In this document: positions 29,672-37,202 of the stretch, piece after piece
How the letters are laid out: every line of letters begins with the position of its first letter
Numbering within the stretch: position 1 is the stretch's first letter
NCBI GenBank assembly: GCA_046262015.1
Contig: JBHENN010000097.1
Coordinates: 1,304 to 65,303, forward strand
Length of the DNA stretch: 64,000 bases
Source of the DNA: Actinomycetota bacterium
GTDB taxonomy: Bacteria > Actinomycetota > CADDZG01 > WHSQ01
Reading direction: 5' to 3'
Made by a program: the position numbers and the translations under genes
The notes under the pieces: generated by a model
Told to the model about the DNA's origin: nothing
Seen by the model: only the letters and a program-made list of their open reading frames with translations
The model's database searches: none

Positions 29672-30058
29672 GTGGCCGACACCCCCGCTGACCGCCGCTA
29701 TACCAAGGAGCACGAGTGGGCTCGACCCGAGGACGGCCGTGTCGTCGTGGGGATCACCGACTTCGCCCAGGACCAGCTCGGCGACGTCGTGTTCGTGGGG
29801 CTGCCGGAGCCCGGGACCGCGGTCACCGCGGGCCGGCCCATGGGCGAGGTCGAGTCGACCAAGTCCGTGGCCGACCTCTACAGCCCGGTCACGGGCACCG
29901 TCGCCGCCAAGAACGACGCGGTCGAGCTGAATCCCGAGCTCGTCAACGCCGACCCCTACGGCGCCGGCTGGCTGGTTGCGATCGAGGGGGCCGGCGAGCT
30001 CGATGGGCTGCTCGACGCCGACGGCTATACCGCCTTCGTCGCGGCGCAGGGGGAGTGA
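29672..30058 (+). CDS. gcvH: Glycine cleavage system H protein
   Basis: The lipoyl-lysine motif context (GEVESTKSVADLYSPV) is present, with a full-length match. Confidence 0.95.
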   Translation: MADTPADRRYTKEHEWARPEDGRVVVGITDFAQDQLGDVVFVGLPEPGTAVTAGRPMGEVESTKSVADLYSPVTGTVAAKNDAVELNPELVNADPYGAGWLVAIEGAGELDGLLDADGYTAFVAAQGE

Positions 30059-30067
30059 CGACCGCCC

Positions 30068-30097
30068 TTGACCAACCCTAAACGTGCGGTATAGGGT
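30068..30097 (+). promoter_or_regulatory. Sigma-70-type promoter: TTGACC-N18-TAGGGT, with the -10 element 6 nt before ATG (leaderless)
   Basis: TTGACC at 30068-30073, TAGGGT at 30092-30097, ATG at 30104. Confidence 0.45.
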
Positions 30098-30103
30098 CAC
30101 GCC

Positions 30104-30571
30104 ATGTTCTGCACCAACTGCGGTCACAAGAACCCCGAGGGCTCGAACTTCTGCTCGTCCTGCGGCGCCGCCCTGGCAGCCGCCGGTAGCGGCGAGTCCA
30201 CGATCACCTTCGCCCCGGCGGAGCTCGAGACCGACCTCGATGAAGAGATCCACATCAGCCCCGAGGAGCTCGAGGGGGGCCGGGCGGTCCTGATCGTGAA
30301 GCGGGGCCCCAACGCCGGCAGCAAGTTCTTCCTGGATGCCGATTCGACCGACGTGGGCCGGCACCCGGACAGCAGCATCTTCCTCGACGACATCACGGTA
30401 TCGCGGCGGCACGCGGAGATCCGCCGTTCAGACCACGGCTTCTCGCTCCACGACATCGGCAGCCTCAACGGGACCTACGTGAACCGGGAGCGGGTCGAGA
30501 CCGCCGAGCTGCGCTCCGGCGACGAGATCCAGGTCGGGAAGTTCAAGCTCGTGTTCCTGTCGGGGAGCTGA
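30104..30571 (+). CDS. FHA-domain protein with N-terminal zinc-ribbon (GarA/OdhI-position homologue)
   Basis: MFCTNCGHKNPEGSNFCSSCG zinc ribbon. FHA core (GRHPDSSIFLDDITVSRRHAEI...SLNGTYVNRERV). It follows gcvH, as Rv1827 does. Confidence 0.85.
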   Translation: MFCTNCGHKNPEGSNFCSSCGAALAAAGSGESTITFAPAELETDLDEEIHISPEELEGGRAVLIVKRGPNAGSKFFLDADSTDVGRHPDSSIFLDDITVSRRHAEIRRSDHGFSLHDIGSLNGTYVNRERVETAELRSGDEIQVGKFKLVFLSGS

Positions 30572-30573
30572 CG

Positions 30574-31296
30574 ATGCCTCTGTCTCGCACGCGCGACTAC
30601 CTCAGCATCGGCGAGGTGCTCGACGAGGTCCGGTCCGACTTCCCCGACGTCAGCATCTCCAAGATCCGCTTCCTCGAGGCCGAAGGTCTCCTCACGCCGG
30701 AGAGGACCGCCTCCGGGTACCGCAAGTTCTTCCCCGACGACGTCGCCCGCCTCCGCTACATCCTGGCCCTGCAGCGTGACCAGTTCCTGCCGCTCAAGGT
30801 CATCCGCGAGCGTCTCGCCGGTGCCGATGCAGCGGGCGCGTACCCCGACGCGGGCCCCGCCGCGTCATCGGCGGCGACCAACGGGGGAGCGCGCCCCCCC
30901 AGCCCGGTGGTCGGCAGCGATCTCACCGCGGCCCAGCTCACGCGCCGCGAGCTCGTGGCCGCCGCAGGTCTGACCGACGCCCAGCTCGCGGATCTCGAAG
31001 AGTTCGGGATACTGGCGCGCCGTGACGGAGACCTCTACGACGAGAACGACCTGGCCGCATGTTCGGCGGCAGCCGGGATGCTCGAGTTCGGCCTGCAGGC
31101 GCGCCACCTGCGCATGTTCCGTCAGTTCGCCGACCGGGAAACGGGAACCTACGAGCAGCTCGTCGCCCCCGGGGCGCTGCGCAAGAACCGGGAGGAGGCG
31201 CGCGCCCGCACGGCCCAGTCCCTGGCGCAGCTGGTCGCGCACGCCCGGCGGCTGCACGACGCCCTCGTGCGGTCGAACCTCCGCGCCCTTCTCTGA
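30574..31296 (+). CDS. MerR-family transcriptional regulator (Rv1828/FtsR-like)
   Basis: The N-terminal HTH (LSIGEVLDEV...ISKIRFLEAEGLLTPERTASGYRKF) is present. Synteny places it after the FHA gene. Confidence 0.8.
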   Translation: MPLSRTRDYLSIGEVLDEVRSDFPDVSISKIRFLEAEGLLTPERTASGYRKFFPDDVARLRYILALQRDQFLPLKVIRERLAGADAAGAYPDAGPAASSAATNGGARPPSPVVGSDLTAAQLTRRELVAAAGLTDAQLADLEEFGILARRDGDLYDENDLAACSAAAGMLEFGLQARHLRMFRQFADRETGTYEQLVAPGALRKNREEARARTAQSLAQLVAHARRLHDALVRSNLRALL

Positions 31297-31312
31297 CGCC
31301 CCGCCCGCGCGG

Positions 31313-32449
31313 GTGAACTTGTCGACAAGGCGACTTATCGCCGCAACCCTGCTGGCTCTCTGCTGGGTCGCGCCCGCCGCCCCGGGGACCACGGCCGGCC
31401 GTCGGCCGACCCTGTCGTGTGAGGCGTGCATCGTGGTCGACGACACCGGCCGCACCCTGTTCGCCCGGCGCGCCGGCCGGCCGCTGGCCATCGCCAGCAC
31501 GACCAAGATGATGACCGCCCTGCTCGCCGACGCCGCCCTCGCCCGGGACGAGCGGGTCACCGTATCGCCGACCGCGGCCGCCACGGGGGGCGGGGGGCTC
31601 GATCTCGAGGCGGGGGAGAGCTACCCGGTGGACACCCTCCTGAAGGCGTTGCTGATGACCTCGTCGAACGACGCCGCCGTCGCGCTGGCCGAGGCGGTGG
31701 CCGGCACGGAGGCCGCGTTCGTGCGGGCGATGAACCGGCGTGCCGCGGAGCTGGGGGCGCGCGGCACGATGTTCGTGACCGCGCACGGGCTCGACCGGCC
31801 CGGGCACGTCTCCACCGCCCGCGACCTCGCACGGATCGCCGCGGAGCTGCTTTCGGACCCGGAGCTGGCGGCGATCGCGGCGGCGCCGTCCACCACCGCC
31901 GCCGGGCCGGAGGGGAGCATCCTGCTGGAGAACCGTAACCTTCTACTGGAGAGTTATCCGGGGGCGATCGGCGTCAAGACCGGGTACACCGCCGAGGCCG
32001 GCAACGTGTTGGTCGCTGCGGCCCGTCGTCACGGGCGCCGTGTGATCACCGTCGCGCTCGGGTCCGACGACTCATTCGCCGACTCCACCGCGCTTCTCGA
32101 CCTCGGGTTCGCGCGCCTCCGCCGGGGGCTGGTGCTGCGCGCCGGTCGACCGGTCGGTGCCCTGGTGTTCGCGGCGGGAGGCGCGTCCCCGATCGTGGCG
32201 GCCGAGACCGTGCGCGGCATCGTGCGGCCCGATCGGGTGGAGGTATCCGTGGCGGCCACCTCCGGCGCCGCGGCGTTGCCGCTCGCGCCCGGGGACCGCG
32301 TCGGCACGATCGTGCTGAGCACCCGCTCGGGCCGCGTCATCGCCGAGGTCGCGGCGGTCGCCGCCGCGCCGGTCGATGCGCCCTCCGGCGGGTGGCTGGC
32401 CGGCCTCCTCGGGGGTCTGCTGCGCGGCGCGTGGCAGGTAGCCGGGTGA
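31313..32449 (+). CDS. D-alanyl-D-alanine carboxypeptidase (S11 family, low-MW PBP)
   Basis: SxxK (ASTTK), SxN (SSND) and KTG (KTGYT) motifs and a signal-like N-terminus are present. Start is GTG 31313 or TTG 31319. Confidence 0.85.
   Translation: MNLSTRRLIAATLLALCWVAPAAPGTTAGRRPTLSCEACIVVDDTGRTLFARRAGRPLAIASTTKMMTALLADAALARDERVTVSPTAAATGGGGLDLEAGESYPVDTLLKALLMTSSNDAAVALAEAVAGTEAAFVRAMNRRAAELGARGTMFVTAHGLDRPGHVSTARDLARIAAELLSDPELAAIAAAPSTTAAGPEGSILLENRNLLLESYPGAIGVKTGYTAEAGNVLVAAARRHGRRVITVALGSDDSFADSTALLDLGFARLRRGLVLRAGRPVGALVFAAGGASPIVAAETVRGIVRPDRVEVSVAATSGAAALPLAPGDRVGTIVLSTRSGRVIAEVAAVAAAPVDAPSGGWLAGLLGGLLRGAWQVAG
31318..31329 (+). promoter_or_regulatory. Perfect 12-bp palindrome CTTGTCGACAAG at the start of the dacB-like gene
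   Basis: It is seen directly in the sequence and is followed by GCGACTTATCG (Z-island-like GACTTATCG). Confidence 0.55.
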
Positions 32450-33135
32450 CCGACGCCCCGCCCGCCGTGCCCGCCGTGCCCGCCGCCGAGAGAGCCCCGC
32501 ACCCCGTGCTGCAACCGCTGCTGTCTCGGTCCGCCCTGGCAACCCGGGCGACCGAGCTCGGGACGGCGCTTGCCGACGACCTCGGCGACGCGCCCGAGCC
32601 CCCGATCCTCATCGGGGTGCTCAAGGGATCGACGTTCTTCCTCGCCGACCTCGTTCGGGCCGTCCCGATCGACGTCGAGGTCGACTTCATGTCCATCTCG
32701 ACCTACGCGGAGACGAGCGAGGCGTCGGGGGTCGTGCGGATCGTCAAGGACCTCGAGCTGGACATCGGGGGACGCGACGTCGTGTTGGTGGAGGACATCG
32801 TCGACACCGGCCTCACCTTGACCTACCTCCGCAGGAGCCTCGGGAGCCGTGGTCCGCGCTCGCTCCGAACGGTGACGCTGCTCGACAAGGCGGCGCGCCG
32901 CATCGTCCCGGTGCCGGTGGAGTACGTCGGCTTCGAGATCCCCGACGTCTTCGTCGTGGGTTATGGGTTGGACTTCCAGTTCCGGTATCGAAACCTCCCG
33001 GACGTCTTCGCGGTAACCGACCTGCCCGCCCTGATGGGGGACCCGCGCATGCTCGAGAGCGCGTTCTTCCAGACCGGCAAGGACCGCTCCGCGCGGAGCA
33101 CGAACGCGCCGCGACCGGGGTCCCCGGGCCGGTAG
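32446..33135 (+). CDS. hpt: Hypoxanthine phosphoribosyltransferase
   Basis: The PRPP-binding motif (VVLVEDIVDTGLTL) is present. GTG at 32446 overlaps the upstream stop. The N- and C-terminal extensions are low complexity. Confidence 0.9.
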   Translation: MTDAPPAVPAVPAAERAPHPVLQPLLSRSALATRATELGTALADDLGDAPEPPILIGVLKGSTFFLADLVRAVPIDVEVDFMSISTYAETSEASGVVRIVKDLELDIGGRDVVLVEDIVDTGLTLTYLRRSLGSRGPRSLRTVTLLDKAARRIVPVPVEYVGFEIPDVFVVGYGLDFQFRYRNLPDVFAVTDLPALMGDPRMLESAFFQTGKDRSARSTNAPRPGSPGR

Positions 33136-33166
33136 GGGGCGCGAGTAACGATGTTAGTTTCGTGCG

Positions 33167-33643
33167 ATGGTCGAGGTCTCACTGGTGGGGGTCCGGGTCG
33201 AGCTCCCCTCCAACCAGCCGATCGTCCTCCTCAAGGAGGTGGACGGCGACCGCTACCTCCCCATCTGGATCGGCGCGGTCGAGGCCACCGCGATCGCGTT
33301 CGCGCTGCAGGGCATCCAGACCCCCCGGCCGATGACCCACGACCTGCTGCGTGACATCCTGCGCGAGACCGGCCAAGAGGTGGAACGCATCATCATCAGC
33401 GACCTGACGGAATCCACGTTCTACGCGTTGATCCGGATGAGCTCCGACGGCAAGACCACCGAGGTGTCGTCCCGTCCCAGCGATGCGATCGCGCTCGCGG
33501 TGCGGACGCACACGCCGATATTCGCCTCCGAGGAGGTGCTCGACCAGGCGGGGATCGAGCTCAAGGACGAAGAGGAGAGCGAGGTGGAGAAGTTCCGGGA
33601 GTTCCTCGACCAGGTCACGCCCGAGGACTTCGCCGAGCAGTAA
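33167..33643 (+). CDS. Bifunctional nuclease family protein (DUF151, Rv1829-like)
   Basis: LLKEVDGDRYLPIWIG...RPMTHDL is typical of the BFN/DUF151 family. Confidence 0.85.
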   Translation: MVEVSLVGVRVELPSNQPIVLLKEVDGDRYLPIWIGAVEATAIAFALQGIQTPRPMTHDLLRDILRETGQEVERIIISDLTESTFYALIRMSSDGKTTEVSSRPSDAIALAVRTHTPIFASEEVLDQAGIELKDEEESEVEKFREFLDQVTPEDFAEQ

Positions 33644-33683
33644 GACGATAGCCGCCGCCTGTGGATAACCCCGCGAGGCGTCG

Positions 33684-33712
33684 TTGACTTCGCATCCCTC
33701 GCCGCCTAGGAT
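33684..33712 (+). promoter_or_regulatory. Sigma-70-type promoter TTGACT-N17-TAGGAT upstream of the second MerR gene
   Basis: TTGACT at 33684-33689, a 17 nt spacer, and TAGGAT at 33707-33712. Confidence 0.4.
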
Positions 33713-33805
33713 TCCATCCCCGTAGTTACGGAGGTGTTAGTCGTGGCTGCGGCCCGCGTCTTTAGATGCACCACGGCGCGGACGGACGACACGGGGAGGA
33801 ACGCC

Positions 33806-34288
33806 ATGGTCGAGACGGGGTACCGCGGGCCGCAGACCTGCAAGATCGTCGGCATCACGTACCGCCAGCTCGATTACTGGACCCGTACCGGGCTCGTGCA
33901 GCCGTCGGTGCAGGAAGCCAGGGGCTCGGGGACGCAGCGCCTGTACTCCTTCAACGATCTCTTGCAGCTCAAGGTGGTGAAGAGCCTCACCGATGCCGGC
34001 GCGAGCCTCCAGAAGATCCGCCAGGCGATCGACTACGTGCGGGGCAATCTCGCGGACGACTGGTCGACGTTGACCATCGCGACGGACGGCGCCGGCGTCT
34101 ACGCGTGCACCTCGGATGCAGAGGTGGTCGACCTGCTGAGATCGGGGCAGGGAGTGCTCGGCGCGATCGTCGCGGTCGACAAGATCAAGGACCAGCTGCA
34201 GGGAACCTTGCGCGAGCTCCGGCCTGTCGGGGTCGAGGGGGAGTACGTTCCCCAGGAGGCAAGCAAGCAACGAGTCGAGGAGGGTTAG
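33806..34288 (+). CDS. MerR-family transcriptional regulator (Rv1830-like)
   Basis: ATG at 33806 is preceded by GGGGAGGA. HTH (CKIVGITYRQLDYWTRTGLVQPS...GTQRLYSFNDLLQL) is present. Confidence 0.8.
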   Translation: MVETGYRGPQTCKIVGITYRQLDYWTRTGLVQPSVQEARGSGTQRLYSFNDLLQLKVVKSLTDAGASLQKIRQAIDYVRGNLADDWSTLTIATDGAGVYACTSDAEVVDLLRSGQGVLGAIVAVDKIKDQLQGTLRELRPVGVEGEYVPQEASKQRVEEG

Positions 34289-34744
34289 GCGATAGCGGAG
34301 GGAAACGGCCCCGGGGCCGACCTCCGTCCGTCCCTTCCGCACGAGGCCGTCCAGTTCGCGCACAACAGCGAGCGGCAGTTCGCGAAGCTGCTGGACTTCT
34401 ACGAGATCGAATGGCGCTATGAGCCGACCACATTCGACATCGAATGGGACGCGCACGGCGATGCAACGCAGCGGTTCTCGCCCGATTTCTACCTGCCGGA
34501 GTTCGACCTCTACATAGAGATCACGACCCTCAACCAGAAGCTCGTGACCAAGAAGAACCGCAAGGCGCGCCGACTGATGGCGTTGTATCCCGATGTGAGG
34601 TGCCGGATCCTCTACCAGAAGGACTACCTCAACCTCCTCGTCAAGTACGGCCTCGAGGAGCCTTCACAAGGCCCTCTCCTGCCGCTCGAGCCGCCCGGAC
34701 CGAGAGGGATGGGCGAGCTCCTCGGCGGGCCACTGGCCGGTTGA
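34289..34744 (+). CDS. Conserved-looking ORF (possible PD-(D/E)xK-like fold) with no canonical start codon, in frame immediately after the MerR TAG stop
   Basis: Coding-type third-position GC runs from ~34340 onward (HEAVQFAHNSERQFAKLLDFYEIEWRYEPTTFDIEWDAHGDATQRFSPDFYLPEFDLYIEITT...). The first in-frame ATG/GTG/TTG is GTG at 34544, well inside the coding signal. Confidence 0.5.
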   Translation, partial: AIAEGNGPGADLRPSLPHEAVQFAHNSERQFAKLLDFYEIEWRYEPTTFDIEWDAHGDATQRFSPDFYLPEFDLYIEITTLNQKLVTKKNRKARRLMALYPDVRCRILYQKDYLNLLVKYGLEEPSQGPLLPLEPPGPRGMGELLGGPLAG

Positions 34745-34749
34745 CGCCG

Positions 34750-35865
34750 GTGAGCGAACGCCGCGCGACGCACCTCCTCGATATCCATCGCCGGCTCGGC
34801 GCCAAGCTGACCGAGTTCGGCGGGTGGGAGATGCCGCTCCAGTACTCGGGCGTGATCGCGGAGCACAACGCGGTGCGCAACCACGCCGGGGTCTTCGACG
34901 TGTCGCATCTGGGCAAGCTCCGCGTCACCGGACCCGGGGCGGGGGACGCGTTGCAGCGCGCGTTGACGTGCGACGCCACCGGCCTCGCGCCGGGACGGGC
35001 GACCTACTCGCTCGTCCTGACCGACGGCGGCGGCTGCATCGACGACGTCTTCCTTTACCGCATCGCCGAGACCGAGTGGCTGGTCGTACCCAACGCATCC
35101 AACGTCGCCCCGGTGGCCGCGGCCATCGCGGAACAGGGGGCCGGCCCGGTGGACGAGTGGGATCGGTTCGCGATCCTTGCGATCCAGGGCCCGGCGTCGT
35201 TCGAGGTCATGGAGAGCGCGTTCCCCGGCTCGGGAGCGACCGAGCTGGGGCTCCATGGATGGTGCGAGCTCGACGTCTTCGGCTCGCCGGGCTTCGTCGC
35301 ACGCACCGGCTACACGGGCGAGCGGGGGTTCGAGCTGTATGCGCCGGCGGCGACCGCGGCGGCAACGTTCGGCGCGGTGCTCGACGCCGGGGCCGCCCCC
35401 GTAGGTCTCGGCGCGCGCGACACCCTCCGCCTCGAGATGGGCTACGCGCTGTACGGCCACGAGCTCTCGCTCGACATCAACCCACTCGAAGCCGGACTGG
35501 GCTGGGCGCTCGCGTGGGACACCCCGTTCCGGGGCCGCCCCGCCCTCGAGAAGGTGCGCAAGAAGGGCCCCGCCCGCGCCCTGGTGGGCGTGAGGTGCAA
35601 CGGGCGAGGCGTGCCTCGCCAGGGCTACCCCGTCCTCCAGGACGGACGCACCCTCGGCGAGCTCACGAGCGGGAACCACTCTCCCACCCTGGGCACGGGC
35701 ATCGGGCTCGCGCTCGTTCCCCGGGACGACGCCCCCGCGCCGGGGGACGCGGTCGAGGTCGATGCACGGGGGCGGCGCATCCCAGGCGCTATCGTCAAGC
35801 CGCCCTTCGTGACCGGGGGAAGCTCGAAGAAGGCGCCCGGCAGCCTGACAGACGGAGCCCCGTGA
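34750..35865 (+). CDS. gcvT: Glycine cleavage system aminomethyltransferase T protein
   Basis: GGWEMPLQYSGVIAEHNAVRNHAGVFDVSHLGK and TGYTGERGFEL motifs are present. Confidence 0.9.
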   Translation: MSERRATHLLDIHRRLGAKLTEFGGWEMPLQYSGVIAEHNAVRNHAGVFDVSHLGKLRVTGPGAGDALQRALTCDATGLAPGRATYSLVLTDGGGCIDDVFLYRIAETEWLVVPNASNVAPVAAAIAEQGAGPVDEWDRFAILAIQGPASFEVMESAFPGSGATELGLHGWCELDVFGSPGFVARTGYTGERGFELYAPAATAAATFGAVLDAGAAPVGLGARDTLRLEMGYALYGHELSLDINPLEAGLGWALAWDTPFRGRPALEKVRKKGPARALVGVRCNGRGVPRQGYPVLQDGRTLGELTSGNHSPTLGTGIGLALVPRDDAPAPGDAVEVDARGRRIPGAIVKPPFVTGGSSKKAPGSLTDGAP

Positions 35866-37202
35866 TGGACTTCATCCCGCACACCAGCCAGGACGAGCAC
35901 GAGATGCTCCAGCTCGTCGGGCTCGACTCGCTCGACGAGCTGTTCTCGTCGATCCCGTCCGACCTCCGCCTCGACGGCCCGTTGGACGTTCCCGCGTCGC
36001 TCAGCGAGCCGGAGCTGCTCGAGCACATGGCCGCGCTGGCGGGGCGTTCGCAGGGCGACCTGATCTGCTTCGCCGGGGGCGGGGCGTACGACCATCACGT
36101 CCCCTCGGCGGTGCGCGCCCTGGCGTCGCGCGCCGAGTTCGCGACCTCCTACACGCCGTACCAGCCGGAGCTGTCCCAGGGGGTCCTTCAGGCGATCTTC
36201 GAGTTCCAGACCCTTGTGTGCGAGATCTACGGGATGGAGGTTGCCAACGCGTCGCTGTATGACGGGGCGAACGCGCTCGTCGAAGCGGTCAACCTCGCGG
36301 TCCGTACTACCGGGCGCGACCGGGTCCTCGTCGGAGGGACGCTTAACCCTCACTACCTCGACGTGCTGACGACCTACACGTCCGGGCTCGGGCTCGACAT
36401 CGAGACGATCCCGTTCGGCGACGACGGCACGGTCGCGTGGGGAGAGGTCGACGCCGCGGGCGCCGCCGCGGTCGTCACTTGCCATCCCAACTTCTTCGGC
36501 CGTCTCGAAGACCTGGCCGGCGCATCGGACATGGCACACGCCGCCGGCGCGCTGTCCATCGCGGTGACCGACCCGATCGCCATGGGCGTGCTCGAGGCAC
36601 CGGGCCGGATGGGCGCGGACGTGGCCGTCGGCGAAGGCCATGCACTCGGGAATCCGATGTCCTATGGAGGCCCCTACGTGGGGCTGTTCGCCACCACGCT
36701 GCAGCACGTCCGCCAGGTTCCCGGGCGGATCGCCGGCGAGACCGTGGACGTCGACGGGCGCCGCGCCTACGTCCTGACGCTCCAGGCACGCGAGCAGCAC
36801 ATCCGTCGTGCCCGGGCGACCTCCAACGTGTGCACGAACCAGACCCTGATGGCGATCGCCGCCGCGATCTACCTCTCCTGGCTCGGTCCTCACGGCCACG
36901 CCCGCCTCGGCGAGGTGTGCGTGCGCCGGACCGCATATCTGGCGCGCAGGGTCGGCGAGCTGCGCGATTGCCGCGTGCGGTTCCCCGGGCCGAGCTTCAA
37001 GGAGATCGTGATCGAGACCCCCGTGGAGGCGGGCGAGCTCGCGCGCCGGCTGGCGCGCCGGGGCTTCGTCGTCGGCCCCGCCCTGGGGAGGTGGTTCCCG
37101 GAGCTGGCAACCTGCCTGTTGTTCGCCGTCACCGAGCGCCGGACGCGCGCCGACATAGATGCCCTGGTGGAAGCGCTCGAGAAGGAGCTGGCCGAGCTAT
37201 GA
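35865..37202 (+). CDS. gcvPA: Glycine dehydrogenase (decarboxylating) subunit 1
   Basis: MDFIPHT start overlaps the gcvT stop (TGATG). SYTPYQPELSQG motif is present. Confidence 0.9.
   Translation: MDFIPHTSQDEHEMLQLVGLDSLDELFSSIPSDLRLDGPLDVPASLSEPELLEHMAALAGRSQGDLICFAGGGAYDHHVPSAVRALASRAEFATSYTPYQPELSQGVLQAIFEFQTLVCEIYGMEVANASLYDGANALVEAVNLAVRTTGRDRVLVGGTLNPHYLDVLTTYTSGLGLDIETIPFGDDGTVAWGEVDAAGAAAVVTCHPNFFGRLEDLAGASDMAHAAGALSIAVTDPIAMGVLEAPGRMGADVAVGEGHALGNPMSYGGPYVGLFATTLQHVRQVPGRIAGETVDVDGRRAYVLTLQAREQHIRRARATSNVCTNQTLMAIAAAIYLSWLGPHGHARLGEVCVRRTAYLARRVGELRDCRVRFPGPSFKEIVIETPVEAGELARRLARRGFVVGPALGRWFPELATCLLFAVTERRTRADIDALVEALEKELAEL

Noticed and set aside
23116-34183. Additional motif-like matches inside coding regions. 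These are GACAAGTCGAT at 23116-23126 (aroA), GTCGACAAG at 34175-34183 (MerR) and TCGACAAGG near 39229 (vapC).
   Set aside because: They encode conserved or ordinary peptide segments (GDKSIS, VDKIK, IDKDV). They match only part of the motif, so they were not counted as sites.
29644-34750. Glycine riboswitch or T-box leaders upstream of gcvH, gcvT, trpS and proS.
   Set aside because: The intergenic spaces are too short (27 nt, 5 nt, 40 nt) or lack the conserved cores by eye. Only a covariance-model scan could confirm absence.
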